A DNA stretch of 64,000 bases from Cyclobacteriaceae bacterium (GTDB taxonomy: Bacteria > Bacteroidota > Bacteroidia > Cytophagales > Cyclobacteriaceae). The DNA is taken from contig JAVJRN010000065.1 of the NCBI GenBank assembly GCA_040218415.1, positions 1-64,000 of the forward strand, in the 5' to 3' direction. The notes below the pieces were generated by a model. The model was not told where the DNA came from, did not search any database, and was given only the letters and a program-made list of their open reading frames with translations. The translations under genes and the position numbers were made by a program. The stretch's first letter is position 1. The number at the start of each line of letters is the position of its first letter. Shown piece by piece: positions 20,206-29,046 of the stretch.

Positions 20206-21246
20206 ATGAAAAATATTAAAATAAAGGAGGTTTATGTCAGATGGTTTGGTATTCCGCTGGTTGCCCTGTTATCTGTCTTTTCAATAGAACATGCCAGGCA
20301 GGGTGTTTTTTGGCGTGAGTATTTGATAGGCTTATCCTTTACGACGCTTTATTGGAATGGCGCCTTCCTTATTTTCATGATGTATCGAAGGCTATATCCA
20401 AATATTTCTGAGACCACTAAGCGGTTGACAATAACCATTATTTCACTTGTAATTTGGTTGACTTTTGGTGGCCTGCCATTGAAGCTTGTGTTCGGATATA
20501 TGGAGCTTAGGCACATATTTAACATGGAAAGTTATTTGGAAACTCTTCCGTTTAATATGATGATTGGTTTTTTTGTGGGTTCCTTATATGAAGGTGCCTT
20601 CTTTTTTGAAAAGTATAAGGAAACCTTCAGGATCAATGAGCAACTTAAAAATCAGCAAATAAGGACACAATTAGAAGTACTTCAAAATCAGATGAGTCCA
20701 CATTTCCTCTTTAATAGTTTAAACACTTTGACAACCCTTATCGCGGAGAGCCAAGAAGTTGCTATTGATTTTACTCAGAACCTATCGGAAGTATATAGGT
20801 ATATTTTGAAAAATAAGGATCGAGAATTGGTGCGCTTGGAAGAGGAAATTGATTTTGCAAAATCCTATGTTTTTCTTCTCAAAATGAGATATCCTGATAA
20901 CCTGACAGTAGATTTTAATGTGCCAGATGTGTTTTTATCAACAAATATTGCTCCACTTACTATTCAAATGCTTCTAGAAAATGCGATTAAGCACAACATT
21001 GTGTCCAAGTCAAAGCCTTTGCATATTGATGTATATATAGAAAACGGACGGTCAATTGTTGTGAAAAACAATCTTCAATTAAAATCAGCATTAGAAAAAT
21101 CAACAAAAACAGGCTTAACGAATATTAAAAACAGATATGCTTATTTTGGAAATAAACAAATAGATATCATTTCCACTACGCGAAACTTCATGGTGGCTGT
21201 CCCACTTATAGATCTCATTGAAGACAATCAATTAAGTATAACGTGA
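20206..21246 (+). CDS. sensor histidine kinase, LytS/YehU type (second copy)
   Basis: 346 aa with N-terminal TM helices. ...NQMSPHFLFNSLNTLTTLIAESQEVAIDFTQNLSEVYRY... is the H-box. ...LLENAIKHN... is present. Confidence 0.75.
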   Translation: MKNIKIKEVYVRWFGIPLVALLSVFSIEHARQGVFWREYLIGLSFTTLYWNGAFLIFMMYRRLYPNISETTKRLTITIISLVIWLTFGGLPLKLVFGYMELRHIFNMESYLETLPFNMMIGFFVGSLYEGAFFFEKYKETFRINEQLKNQQIRTQLEVLQNQMSPHFLFNSLNTLTTLIAESQEVAIDFTQNLSEVYRYILKNKDRELVRLEEEIDFAKSYVFLLKMRYPDNLTVDFNVPDVFLSTNIAPLTIQMLLENAIKHNIVSKSKPLHIDVYIENGRSIVVKNNLQLKSALEKSTKTGLTNIKNRYAYFGNKQIDIISTTRNFMVAVPLIDLIEDNQLSIT

Positions 21247-22013
21247 TAAAGGTTTTAATTATAGAAGACGAGGCGCCAGCTTTCAGGCGATTACAAAAGA
21301 TCATAGATGATCTAAACCTGGATATTGAAATAATTGATGTTATCGACAGTGTTGAGGACAGTGTGAAGTGGCTGAATAATCACGAAAGGCCAGACTTAAT
21401 TTTTATGGATATACAATTGAGTGATGGCTTGAGTTTCGAAATATTCGATCGTGTGAAAATCACAAAACCTGTTATTTTCACCACCGCTTTTGATGATTAT
21501 ATGCTCAAGGCTTTTAAGGTCAATAGTATTGACTATCTATTAAAGCCAATCAAAATAGAAGATTTGAGGCAAAGTATCAATAAGTACTACGAGTTGCATA
21601 CAGCAAGAAACAATGCTAGCCATACAGTAGATATTTCTGATTTAGTAAAACAGATAAGGCTAGGAGAGGGGAATTATAAGTCTCGGTTTTTGGTGAAACT
21701 GCGAGATAAACTGGTGTCTGTAGAAGTTGATAACATTGCTTGCTTCAGGACACATCTTGGCGTGGTGCAAATGGTGACCAAGCAAAATAAAAAGTACATC
21801 ATGGACTCACCGCTCGACGAAATCATGTTGCAGCTTGATCCTTCTAAGTTTTTTCGAGCCAATAGGCAGTATATCGTTAATTTTCACGCCATAGAGGCGA
21901 CTCATAAATATCATAAAGGGAAACTTTTGGTTGAGCTGAAGCCTAGAGCAGAGGAGGCCATTGTAATTAGCGCAGAGAAATCCTCAGAATTTAAACGGTG
22001 GCTGGGTGATTAA
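21243..22013 (+). CDS. LytTR-family response regulator (second copy)
   Basis: 256 aa. Receiver (...LIFMDIQLSDG...) plus LytTR domain (...FFRANRQYIVNFHAI...). Overlaps the kinase stop by 4 bp. Confidence 0.85.
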   Translation: MIKVLIIEDEAPAFRRLQKIIDDLNLDIEIIDVIDSVEDSVKWLNNHERPDLIFMDIQLSDGLSFEIFDRVKITKPVIFTTAFDDYMLKAFKVNSIDYLLKPIKIEDLRQSINKYYELHTARNNASHTVDISDLVKQIRLGEGNYKSRFLVKLRDKLVSVEVDNIACFRTHLGVVQMVTKQNKKYIMDSPLDEIMLQLDPSKFFRANRQYIVNFHAIEATHKYHKGKLLVELKPRAEEAIVISAEKSSEFKRWLGD

Positions 22014-22370
22014 TCTTGTCTCCTAATCCTGTAAAATGATCCTTTACGAGACTTTTCTTGATTGTCAAAGTTGGCCTTTTTAAGTGAGATAACGCTTGTG
22101 CTAAAGTTGCTTTTAATTCCCAAATTGTTTTGCTAAAACTTGTTTCATTATTAGAGCAAGGAAGAAATTTTGCAATAGTCGATATCCATGTTTCTACTTG
22201 ATACTTCTCGCTTCTACAGTTTTGGAACTCCAAATGAAGCATTTGTGAATTGCCTATCTGAATGGAACTTTCAAAAAGTCATACAGGGGTTTGGAATCAT
22301 CTGTATTCTTGATCTCCTCATCGCCTGAAATCAACTTTATCTGAGAATAGGAAGTTTGGAAAGTGGGAGT

Positions 22371-23120
22371 CTATAATTGCGGCCATGAAAATGGCTGCCA
22401 TGCCGCAGGGTTATTTCCATTCCCGTTTTTTCCGGCTAATGTGTTCACCGTGGTAAAGTCCATTTCCTCCGTTGGGTAGGAGAGCATGAGTGATTGTAAC
22501 TCCTGTTCATCTGCCTTTCCCGAAACCTCCATATTCAACCATTTTTCTGTCAATGCCAATGGTAAAATGAGTGGCATTCTCGGGCCTCCACGTTTGAGTA
22601 CATCAGGATTGTTGTGGATTTCCTTCATCTTTTCATTGGCTTCTGTGGTTATGATGGTAACAGTCGTTCTTTTAAGTTGATTTTCCGGATCAAGCCATTG
22701 GTCCCATAATCCTGCTAAAATCATTGGCTCATCGCTTTTAAGTGTAACCAAATAAGGTATTTTGGTTTTTTTATCAACATGATGATACTCATAAAATCCA
22801 TGAAGTCCGACAATACATCTTCGAGATTTTATAGGCTCACGCCAAACACCTGATGAAAATAAGTTGTCATTACGCGCATTCAAATGCTTTCTTTGGAATA
22901 GCGCCGCATCTTTGGCGTTTTTAGTCCAAAATGGGATGAGCCCCCAAGGGATCAATTGCACTTTATTTTGACTCAAATTGGTGATGATGGGTAATGGAGT
23001 ATCTCCAAAACCATTGGCCCAATAAGCTTCCGGGAAAGAGGGGATTTCACTCTTTGGTATCCCTTTGTGGGCAGCAAGCTTCTCTATTTTTCTCTTGGTA
23101 TAAGTGACGTTGTAACACAC
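22371..23120 (-). CDS. SOS-response-associated peptidase (SRAP; YedK/HMCES family, abasic-site DNA-protein crosslink enzyme)
   Basis: 249 aa. Starts with GTG, then Cys2 (MCYNVTYTK...). ...QLIPWGLIPFWTKNAKDAALFQRKHLNARNDN... matches the SRAP core (WGLIPxW). Confidence 0.7.
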   Translation of the reverse strand: MCYNVTYTKRKIEKLAAHKGIPKSEIPSFPEAYWANGFGDTPLPIITNLSQNKVQLIPWGLIPFWTKNAKDAALFQRKHLNARNDNLFSSGVWREPIKSRRCIVGLHGFYEYHHVDKKTKIPYLVTLKSDEPMILAGLWDQWLDPENQLKRTTVTIITTEANEKMKEIHNNPDVLKRGGPRMPLILPLALTEKWLNMEVSGKADEQELQSLMLSYPTEEMDFTTVNTLAGKNGNGNNPAAWQPFSWPQL

Positions 23121-23165
23121 GAATGAAAGTTACAGAAAGAAAATAAACTCACTCAATATTGTTAC

Positions 23166-23894
23166 TTATAAAAAAGTCAATTGCTGACTTCTTACCCAAG
23201 CTTCCTGATTATCCCATTTTATTTTTACCCAGAGTTGGTTTTTTTCCACGACCTCCACCTTATGTCCTTTTTTGAGCACTAGCAATGGCTCAGAGCCAGC
23301 AGAAGGCCCAGACATGACAATAGTTTGTTCTTTAAGTATGATGGCTTCCTCATTTAAGAGCCAATCAGTGGTCAGAAAAATGAGGCAAATAGTTAGTACG
23401 ACTTGGACAATTATAGCACCCACAGACTTTTCGCCCTTTCTTTTTTTGTAAATAATGGTAACCGTGCAGAGCGTAATTAGTAATAATAAGAATAAAATAA
23501 TGCCTTCTTTATAATTCCGAAAGAATGAAATAAAAAGTTTGTTGTCCGAATATTCATAACCTGACAAATCATTTTCTTGTGCTAGTTCGGTCATTTTATC
23601 AAACGCCTTTCTGTTGGTGGTGAGTTCGTAGTATTTGTTGAGATATATCAACGAATTTGTATAATCACCCAGCCCTTCTTTGATATATGCCATCTTCAAA
23701 AGGATGGATTTGCTAGTTTCCCCTGATTGATATAGCGAGTCATAAAGCTCAAAAGCTTCAGTAAACTTTTGGTTTTCAAATAAACTATCAGCAGTAATCT
23801 TCGTTTCCTGCCCGTAAAGGCCAGTAATTGATAGCGTAAAAATAATAGTTGAAATAATTATTCTAAAAAGCATCATAAGGGTTGTATTTTGCAA
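23166..23894 (-). CDS. membrane protein with TPR-like N-terminal region and C-terminal bacterial SH3-like domain (BatE-like architecture)
   Basis: 242 aa. Signal/TM at the N-terminus, central TM (GIILFLLLLITLCTVTIIY) and a C-terminal ...KGHKVEVVEKNQLWVKIKWDNQEAWVRSQQL, which is SH3b-like. Confidence 0.45.
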   Translation of the reverse strand: MQNTTLMMLFRIIISTIIFTLSITGLYGQETKITADSLFENQKFTEAFELYDSLYQSGETSKSILLKMAYIKEGLGDYTNSLIYLNKYYELTTNRKAFDKMTELAQENDLSGYEYSDNKLFISFFRNYKEGIILFLLLLITLCTVTIIYKKRKGEKSVGAIIVQVVLTICLIFLTTDWLLNEEAIILKEQTIVMSGPSAGSEPLLVLKKGHKVEVVEKNQLWVKIKWDNQEAWVRSQQLTFL

Positions 23895-23971
23895 ATGGTA
23901 ATTCTATTTTTGCAACCGCAATTTTAAGCAAGGCACTTCTAAAAGCCTAGTTAAAAAACGCAAAAACGGAT

Positions 23972-24044
23972 GATCTGGTAGCTCAGCTGGTAGAGCATCT
24001 CCCTTTTAAGGAGAGGGTCCTGGGTTCGAGCCCCAGCCAGATCA
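23972..24044 (+). tRNA. tRNA-Lys (anticodon TTT)
   Basis: Manual cloverleaf: acceptor GATCTGG/CCAGATC, D-arm GCTC-AGCTGGTAGA-GAGC, anticodon arm TCTCC-CTTTTAA-GGAGA, T-arm CTGGG-TTCGAGC-CCCAG, discriminator A. CCA is not encoded. Confidence 0.85.
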
Positions 24045-24051
24045 CAAAATT

Positions 24052-24084
24052 AACCTGATTCAATTTAGAGTCAGGTTTTTTTTG
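24052..24084 (+). terminator. rho-independent terminator after tRNA-Lys
   Basis: aacctga-ttcaatttagag-tcaggtt followed by ttttttt. Confidence 0.55.
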
Positions 24085-24086
24085 TT

Positions 24087-24899
24087 TTAAAGCATTGATA
24101 TTTTCTGTAATGCTTCCTCCATTTTTTTTTCTAATTTCAGCACTCTTTCCTCCACGATTGAAGGTGGATTAAGGTATTTAGAATAAACCGATTCAATAGA
24201 CCAAATCTCAATTAAGTCGTTATTTTGGATAATTAGTTCAGGGTAGTTTGGGTCATCTGCACTGAGTTTGAGTAATTCTTCTTGGTGCGAGACCATTCTT
24301 CGGGTTGTAATATTCTCACGATTTACCACAGTAATAATTTTTTTCTCATATTGGTGGAGAGAATCAAGTTCTATCCTTTTTCCCACCAGTATGTCGCCAT
24401 GGTGCAATCCTTGTTGATGGTATTCCATTTCGCTACCGTTCATCTCGAATGCTCGATACAAGCTTGGGTCTTTTACGGGTAAATTGATCTGAGTGAGTGT
24501 ATTGATGAAATCTTTCGTATTGTGGCTTACAATGTAGTCAAGGTATTGATGGACTTGCACCAAGCTAATTCCATTGTTTTTTGGCTCGGAGATGTTATTT
24601 TTTTTCGGTTCGAGCTTATGAGCTTTGTTTAGTTTTTGATTCAATAAGTCGATGCTGTAAATCTCGCTTACCGTCAGCTTTCTTGTGAGGAGCACGTCAA
24701 TAGAAATGTTAAAATAACCAGCTATCTGAATCAGCGTGTCGATTTTGGGTTCAGATCGGCCTTCTTCGTAAGCACCAATACTTGGTCGAGCCAGATTGAA
24801 TAAACTCGCGAACTCTGCCTGGCTGATTCTTTTGGTTTGCCTGATCTTTTTGATGTTTTCGCCAATAAAAGATAATTTTTTGCTAATATTTTGAGCCAT
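24087..24899 (-). CDS. XRE-family HTH + S24 (LexA/CI-like) peptidase-domain repressor
   Basis: Track ORF is 24087..24941. The likely start is MAQNISKKLSFIGENIKKIRQTKRISQAEFASLFNLARPSIGAYEEG (an XRE HTH). The C-terminal ...AFEMNGSEMEYHQQGLHHGDILVGKRIEL... matches the S24 Ser-region (GDSM...GD.v.v pattern with Ser retained), with downstream Lys candidates. Confidence 0.6.
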   Translation of the reverse strand: MAQNISKKLSFIGENIKKIRQTKRISQAEFASLFNLARPSIGAYEEGRSEPKIDTLIQIAGYFNISIDVLLTRKLTVSEIYSIDLLNQKLNKAHKLEPKKNNISEPKNNGISLVQVHQYLDYIVSHNTKDFINTLTQINLPVKDPSLYRAFEMNGSEMEYHQQGLHHGDILVGKRIELDSLHQYEKKIITVVNRENITTRRMVSHQEELLKLSADDPNYPELIIQNNDLIEIWSIESVYSKYLNPPSIVEERVLKLEKKMEEALQKISML

Positions 24900-24978
24900 G
24901 CTATAACTTTTATCATTTTGTGTCGTAAACTTACCCAACAATTTAGATTTATTTCGATCAACCGAGAGGGAATTTTTA

Positions 24979-25003
24979 GATCAATAGTTCTTATCATTTG
25001 ATC
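24979..25003. promoter_or_regulatory. imperfect inverted repeat GATCAAT-N11-tTTGATC in the divergent promoter region between the XRE/S24 repressor gene and the ybjN-like/pspA genes
   Basis: gatcaatagttcttatcatttgatc. Candidate operator, speculative. Confidence 0.2.
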
Positions 25004-25051
25004 AGCGCTATATTTAGACTTTCTTTTTTAAACTATATCAAGAATTAAAAT

Positions 25052-25447
25052 ATGAACACACATTTCGCAACTGTTAAGGATTATTTGTTAGAACTCGATT
25101 ACACCATCGTTCAAGAGGATGAAAATGATGGGGTTTTGGTAGTAGAAAATGAGGAGGAAGGGATTAAAAATGTAGTACTTATAATCTCTGACCCAATTCT
25201 AATTGTTGAGCAATATCTTTTTGACCTGCCTAAAAACTCCTCGGATATTTACAAAAAACTGTTGGCAAAAAACAGAGATATTATTCATGGGGCATTTGCC
25301 CTTGACGAAACGGGAAATCGAGTGCTTTTCAGAAATACGCACGAATGTGAAAACCTCGACTTGAACGAGATTGAGGCAACCTTGAATTCTTTATCTCTTT
25401 TGCTCAGTGAGTATGCAGATGAACTAATAGGATTCAGCAAGCAATAA
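25052..25447 (+). CDS. YbjN-like (DUF2170/YjfI-like, T3SS-chaperone-like fold) protein
   Basis: 131 aa and acidic. Size and position immediately upstream of a PspA-family gene mirror E. coli yjfI-yjfJ. The assignment is by context and composition, not a confident motif match. Confidence 0.4.
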   Translation: MNTHFATVKDYLLELDYTIVQEDENDGVLVVENEEEGIKNVVLIISDPILIVEQYLFDLPKNSSDIYKKLLAKNRDIIHGAFALDETGNRVLFRNTHECENLDLNEIEATLNSLSLLLSEYADELIGFSKQ

Positions 25448-25473
25448 ATTTTACACAAAAAAATAAAGAAAAA

Positions 25474-26178
25474 ATGAACGTTTTTAGAAGATTATTCAGA
25501 GTAGGGGCGGCAGAAACACATGCTGCGATAGATAAGTTGGAAAATCCAATCAAAATGACCGAACAAGGTATTCGAGACCTTAAAAAAGATCTTGATAACA
25601 GCTTAAGGGCGCTTGCCGAGGTAAAGGCCATGGCCATAAGGGCTAGAAATGATGTGCAAACTAACAAATCAAAGGCGCAAGATTACGAAAGCAAAGCCAT
25701 ACAACTTTTGAAGAAAGCGCAAAGTGGAGAATTATCGGCAGAAGATGCAGATAGACTGGCCACAGAAGCGCTAGCGAGAAAGGAAGAGTTTACACAGGCC
25801 ATGAATGTGAGTAGCGCTGAGCGAGAAAGATTTGATAAGAACGTGGCTCAATTAGATGCAACAGTTAAGAAATTGAAATCAAATATCAGTGGCTATGAAA
25901 ATGAGCTAAGAACATTAAAAGCGCGCGTGAAAGTAAGTGAAGCATCAGCAAAGGTGAACAAGCAAATGGCTCAGATAGATGCTTCCAGCACAGTTTCCAT
26001 GCTTGAGCGAATGAAAGAAAAGGTAACTCAGCAGGAAGCCTTGGCGGAAGCTTACGGCGATATCGCTGGTGAATCAAAGACGTTGGATGATGAAATCGAC
26101 TCGGCTCTTGATGGTAAAAGTGCCAAGGCTTCAGATGATCTAGCCGCAATGAAAGCAAAGCTTGGCTTAGACAAATAG
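25474..26178 (+). CDS. PspA/IM30 (phage-shock protein A / Vipp1 / YjfJ) family coiled-coil protein
   Basis: 234 aa. MNVFRRLFRVGAAETHAAIDKLENPIKMTEQGIRDLKKDLDNSLRALAEVKAMAIRARNDV... is a typical PspA N-terminus and heptad-rich body. Confidence 0.85.
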   Translation: MNVFRRLFRVGAAETHAAIDKLENPIKMTEQGIRDLKKDLDNSLRALAEVKAMAIRARNDVQTNKSKAQDYESKAIQLLKKAQSGELSAEDADRLATEALARKEEFTQAMNVSSAERERFDKNVAQLDATVKKLKSNISGYENELRTLKARVKVSEASAKVNKQMAQIDASSTVSMLERMKEKVTQQEALAEAYGDIAGESKTLDDEIDSALDGKSAKASDDLAAMKAKLGLDK

Positions 26179-26183
26179 TGATT

Positions 26184-26215
26184 ATCATTGGCGATGCATG
26201 TGCATCGCCAATGAT
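26184..26215 (+). terminator. strong palindromic stem-loop 6 bp after the pspA stop (attenuator/terminator candidate, no U-tract)
   Basis: atcattggcgatgca-tg-tgcatcgccaatgat gives a near-perfect 15-bp inverted repeat. Confidence 0.45.
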
Positions 26216-26255
26216 TAAATTCCAAAGACTAAATATTTTTTAATCACAAAAGACC

Positions 26256-26864
26256 ATGACAGAATTGTTAGCATTCGCCATTTCTGGCGTCAACGTTATA
26301 CCTACGATTTTACTAATTTTTACCGTTTTATATTGGTTAATCGTTGTAGTTGGTGTGATCGATATTGATGCTTTGGATTTGGATTTTGATATGGATGGAG
26401 ATTTAAACGGATTAACAAGCGTTTTGTCTTTTTTCAATATCGGGCACATGCCTTTAATGATATTTGTTACGTTTTTTACAATTCCATTGTGGGCGATTAC
26501 ATTGATTTCCAACGATCTTTTGGGTATATCAAGTTTTATAGCCGGATCGTTAATCTTCATTCTGGCAGCAGTGCTTTCTCTTTTTATAGCGAAGTTCTTT
26601 ACCATTCCGATAGCAAAATTTTATCGTAAAATCAGTAAAGAAACCGAAGCAATCAAAAATCTTATCGGACGAGTATGCACTGCTAAGCTGCCTATTTCGC
26701 ATGATAGAAAGGGGCAGGCTGAAATCAAAATCAATGGAACTTCTATACTGATAACCGCGAAGACAAGAGAGGGGTATTTGGTACAGAAAAATGCAACTGC
26801 ACTCATTATTGAATTTCAAAAAGATCAAAATTTTTATTTCGTAGAACCATATCAATTAAACTAA
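26256..26864 (+). CDS. NfeD-like / YqiJ-like (DUF1449) membrane protein
   Basis: 202 aa. N-terminal multi-TM region plus a C-terminal soluble beta-rich tail (...GRVCTAKLPISHDRKGQAEIKINGTSILITAKT...), as in NfeD OB-fold partners of SPFH proteins. Sits immediately upstream of a flotillin gene, like E. coli yqiJ-yqiK. Confidence 0.5.
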   Translation: MTELLAFAISGVNVIPTILLIFTVLYWLIVVVGVIDIDALDLDFDMDGDLNGLTSVLSFFNIGHMPLMIFVTFFTIPLWAITLISNDLLGISSFIAGSLIFILAAVLSLFIAKFFTIPIAKFYRKISKETEAIKNLIGRVCTAKLPISHDRKGQAEIKINGTSILITAKTREGYLVQKNATALIIEFQKDQNFYFVEPYQLN

Positions 26865-26870
26865 CACTCA

Positions 26871-29036
26871 ATGACCGGACCAATTTTTTATGTAGTTATT
26901 GTCATCTCCGCTTTTGTCTTTATCGGACTTATAACGGCTGTTATCAAAATGTACCGCAAGGCTTTACAAGGCCAAGCTATGGTGCGAACAGGAATGGGGG
27001 GCACCATCGTATCTTTTTCAGGAATTTTTGTTGTGCCTATTATTCATAAGCTGGAGGTAATGGATATTACCCTCAAAACAATCATGATTGCCAGAACTGG
27101 CCGAGAGGGATTGATCTGTAAGGACAACATGCGTGCAGATATTAAAGTGACCTTTTTTGTGAGAGTGAATCAAACCGAACAAGATGTAAAGCAAGTTGCT
27201 CAATCCATTGGGAGTCATAGGGCTTCCAGTCAGGAGTCTTTAGAATTGCTTTTTGATGCCAAGTTTTCTGAGGCTTTAAAAACGGTAGGAAAAAACTTCG
27301 ACTTTGTAGAGTTGTATAGCGGAAGAGACAACTTTAAACAAGACATCCTAAATATCATTGGGACGGATCTTAATGGATATATCCTTGATGACTGTGCTAT
27401 CGACTTCTTAGAGCAGACCCCAATGCGGGAGTTGGATGAGAATAATATTCTCGATGCTGAGGGTATCAAAAAGATTATCGAATTAACATCGGCACAAAAG
27501 ATGTTATCCAATCAAATTCTAAGAGAAAAAGAGAAAACATTAACCAAACAAGATGTTGAAGCAAGAGAAACCATTCTTGAGTTAGAAAGGCAACAAGCAG
27601 AGGCAGAGGCCAAGCAAAAACGAGAAATTGAATCTGCACAGGCCAGAGAAGAGTCAGAAACAGCCAAGGTAAAACAAGAGGAGCGACTTAAATCTGAGCG
27701 GGCACGAATAAGTACGGAAGAAAATCTTCATGTCGCAGAGGAGAATAAGCTCCGGGAAGTGATCGTAGCGCAAAAAAATAAGGAACGTACAGAGGCGATA
27801 GAAACAGAGAAGGTTGATAGAGCTAGACTTCTAGAGCAAACAGATAAGCAACGTTTTGTTGAGATAGCGAACATTGAAAAGGAGAAAGCAGTAGAAGAGG
27901 AACGTAAAAATATTCAAGATGTCATTCGAGAGCGCGTCACAATTGAGAAAACGGTTGTGGAGGAGAAAGAACGAATGAAAGATATTCAAGCCTTTGCTGA
28001 AGCTGATAGAACAAAGAAAGTTGCCATTACTTTAGCGGAGCGCGATGCGGAAGAAGCACTCGTCAAAATGATTAAGGATGCAGAAGCAAGGAAACAAGCT
28101 TCAGAGCATACTGCCAAAAAACAATTGATCGATGCGCAAGCAGCAGAAAATGCCGCAATACATCATGCTCAAGCGAAGAAAACCCTTGCCGAAGCGCAAG
28201 CATCAGAAGCTGCCGCTATAGGCTTGTCAGAAGCACAGGTAATGGAGGCTAAAGCAGCTGCCAAGCAGAAAGAAGGGGACTCAGCTGCTTCCGTGATAGA
28301 ATCGCAAGCAGATGCAGAAGCAAAAGGCATACAGCTGAGAGGCTCGGCTCAGGCAAGAGCTGATCAGGAAATAGGTTCTGTGGCGGCTAAAGTTAATTTT
28401 GAGAAAGGAGAGGCCGAGGCAAATATTATCTCATTGAAAGCCGATGCGGAGCAAAAGAGAGGTTTGGCAGAAGCCAAAGTGATGAAAGAGAAGTTTAGTG
28501 CTGAGGCGGAAGGCATCAAAGAAAAAGCCCAAGCAATGAAAGCTCTTGATGACTCAGGTCGATCTCACGAAGAGTTTAAGCTTCAATTACAAATGAACAA
28601 AGAAGTAGAACTCTCTAGAATCTCTATTCAGAAGGAAATTGCCATGTCACAGGCTTCTGTGATTTCTGAAGCTTTGAAAGCTGCGAAAATTGACATTGTA
28701 GGTGGGGAAACCATGTTCTTCGAGCAGATCGTTGGTGCGATAACCAAAGGTAAAACGATTGATCGAATGCTGACTAATAGCGACGTGTTGACCCAAGTTA
28801 AGGACACCTTCTTTTCAACCGCAAATGGTGATAATTTCAAAGAGAGGTTACGTGACTTTGTAGATCAGTTTGGCTTAAATATTCAGGAAGTAAAAGATCT
28901 AAGCGTTTCTGCTTTGCTATTGAATTTGACAGGTAGAGCTTCAAGTGATGGAGAAAAGAACATGATTTCTCAGTTGGGAAAAGTATCCGAGGCACTTGGT
29001 ATCTCTAATCAGAAAATTGCCGATTTAGGATTGTAA
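26871..29036 (+). CDS. flotillin-family SPFH/Band-7 protein (YqiK-like) with long E/A/K-rich coiled coil
   Basis: 721 aa. N-terminal TM, then an SPFH domain (...MVRTGMGGTIVSFSGIFVVPIIHKLEVMDITLKTIMIAR...), then ~400 aa of EA/K-rich repeats typical of flotillin tails. Confidence 0.85.
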   Translation: MTGPIFYVVIVISAFVFIGLITAVIKMYRKALQGQAMVRTGMGGTIVSFSGIFVVPIIHKLEVMDITLKTIMIARTGREGLICKDNMRADIKVTFFVRVNQTEQDVKQVAQSIGSHRASSQESLELLFDAKFSEALKTVGKNFDFVELYSGRDNFKQDILNIIGTDLNGYILDDCAIDFLEQTPMRELDENNILDAEGIKKIIELTSAQKMLSNQILREKEKTLTKQDVEARETILELERQQAEAEAKQKREIESAQAREESETAKVKQEERLKSERARISTEENLHVAEENKLREVIVAQKNKERTEAIETEKVDRARLLEQTDKQRFVEIANIEKEKAVEEERKNIQDVIRERVTIEKTVVEEKERMKDIQAFAEADRTKKVAITLAERDAEEALVKMIKDAEARKQASEHTAKKQLIDAQAAENAAIHHAQAKKTLAEAQASEAAAIGLSEAQVMEAKAAAKQKEGDSAASVIESQADAEAKGIQLRGSAQARADQEIGSVAAKVNFEKGEAEANIISLKADAEQKRGLAEAKVMKEKFSAEAEGIKEKAQAMKALDDSGRSHEEFKLQLQMNKEVELSRISIQKEIAMSQASVISEALKAAKIDIVGGETMFFEQIVGAITKGKTIDRMLTNSDVLTQVKDTFFSTANGDNFKERLRDFVDQFGLNIQEVKDLSVSALLLNLTGRASSDGEKNMISQLGKVSEALGISNQKIADLGL

Positions 29037-29046
29037 TTATTGCTCA

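Noticed and set aside
21991-22242. 83-aa minus-strand ORF overlapping the 3' end of the second LytTR gene
   Set aside because: It overlaps a confident gene on the opposite strand. Its remaining part lies in AT-rich intergenic DNA without a motif. It is probably spurious.
23895-25051. Integrated prophage/ICE at tRNA-Lys
   Set aside because: No integrase, excisionase, phage structural genes or repeat of the tRNA 3' end are visible in the window. Only the S24 repressor is suggestive. It is kept as a low-weight alternative in the findings.
27570-28560. Repetitive-looking DNA (gaagc/gcaga/gcgga periodicity) inside the flotillin gene, checked as a possible tandem repeat or CRISPR-like array
   Set aside because: It is the coding sequence of the E/A/K-rich coiled-coil tail. 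There are no exact direct repeats with spacers. The reading frame is open throughout.
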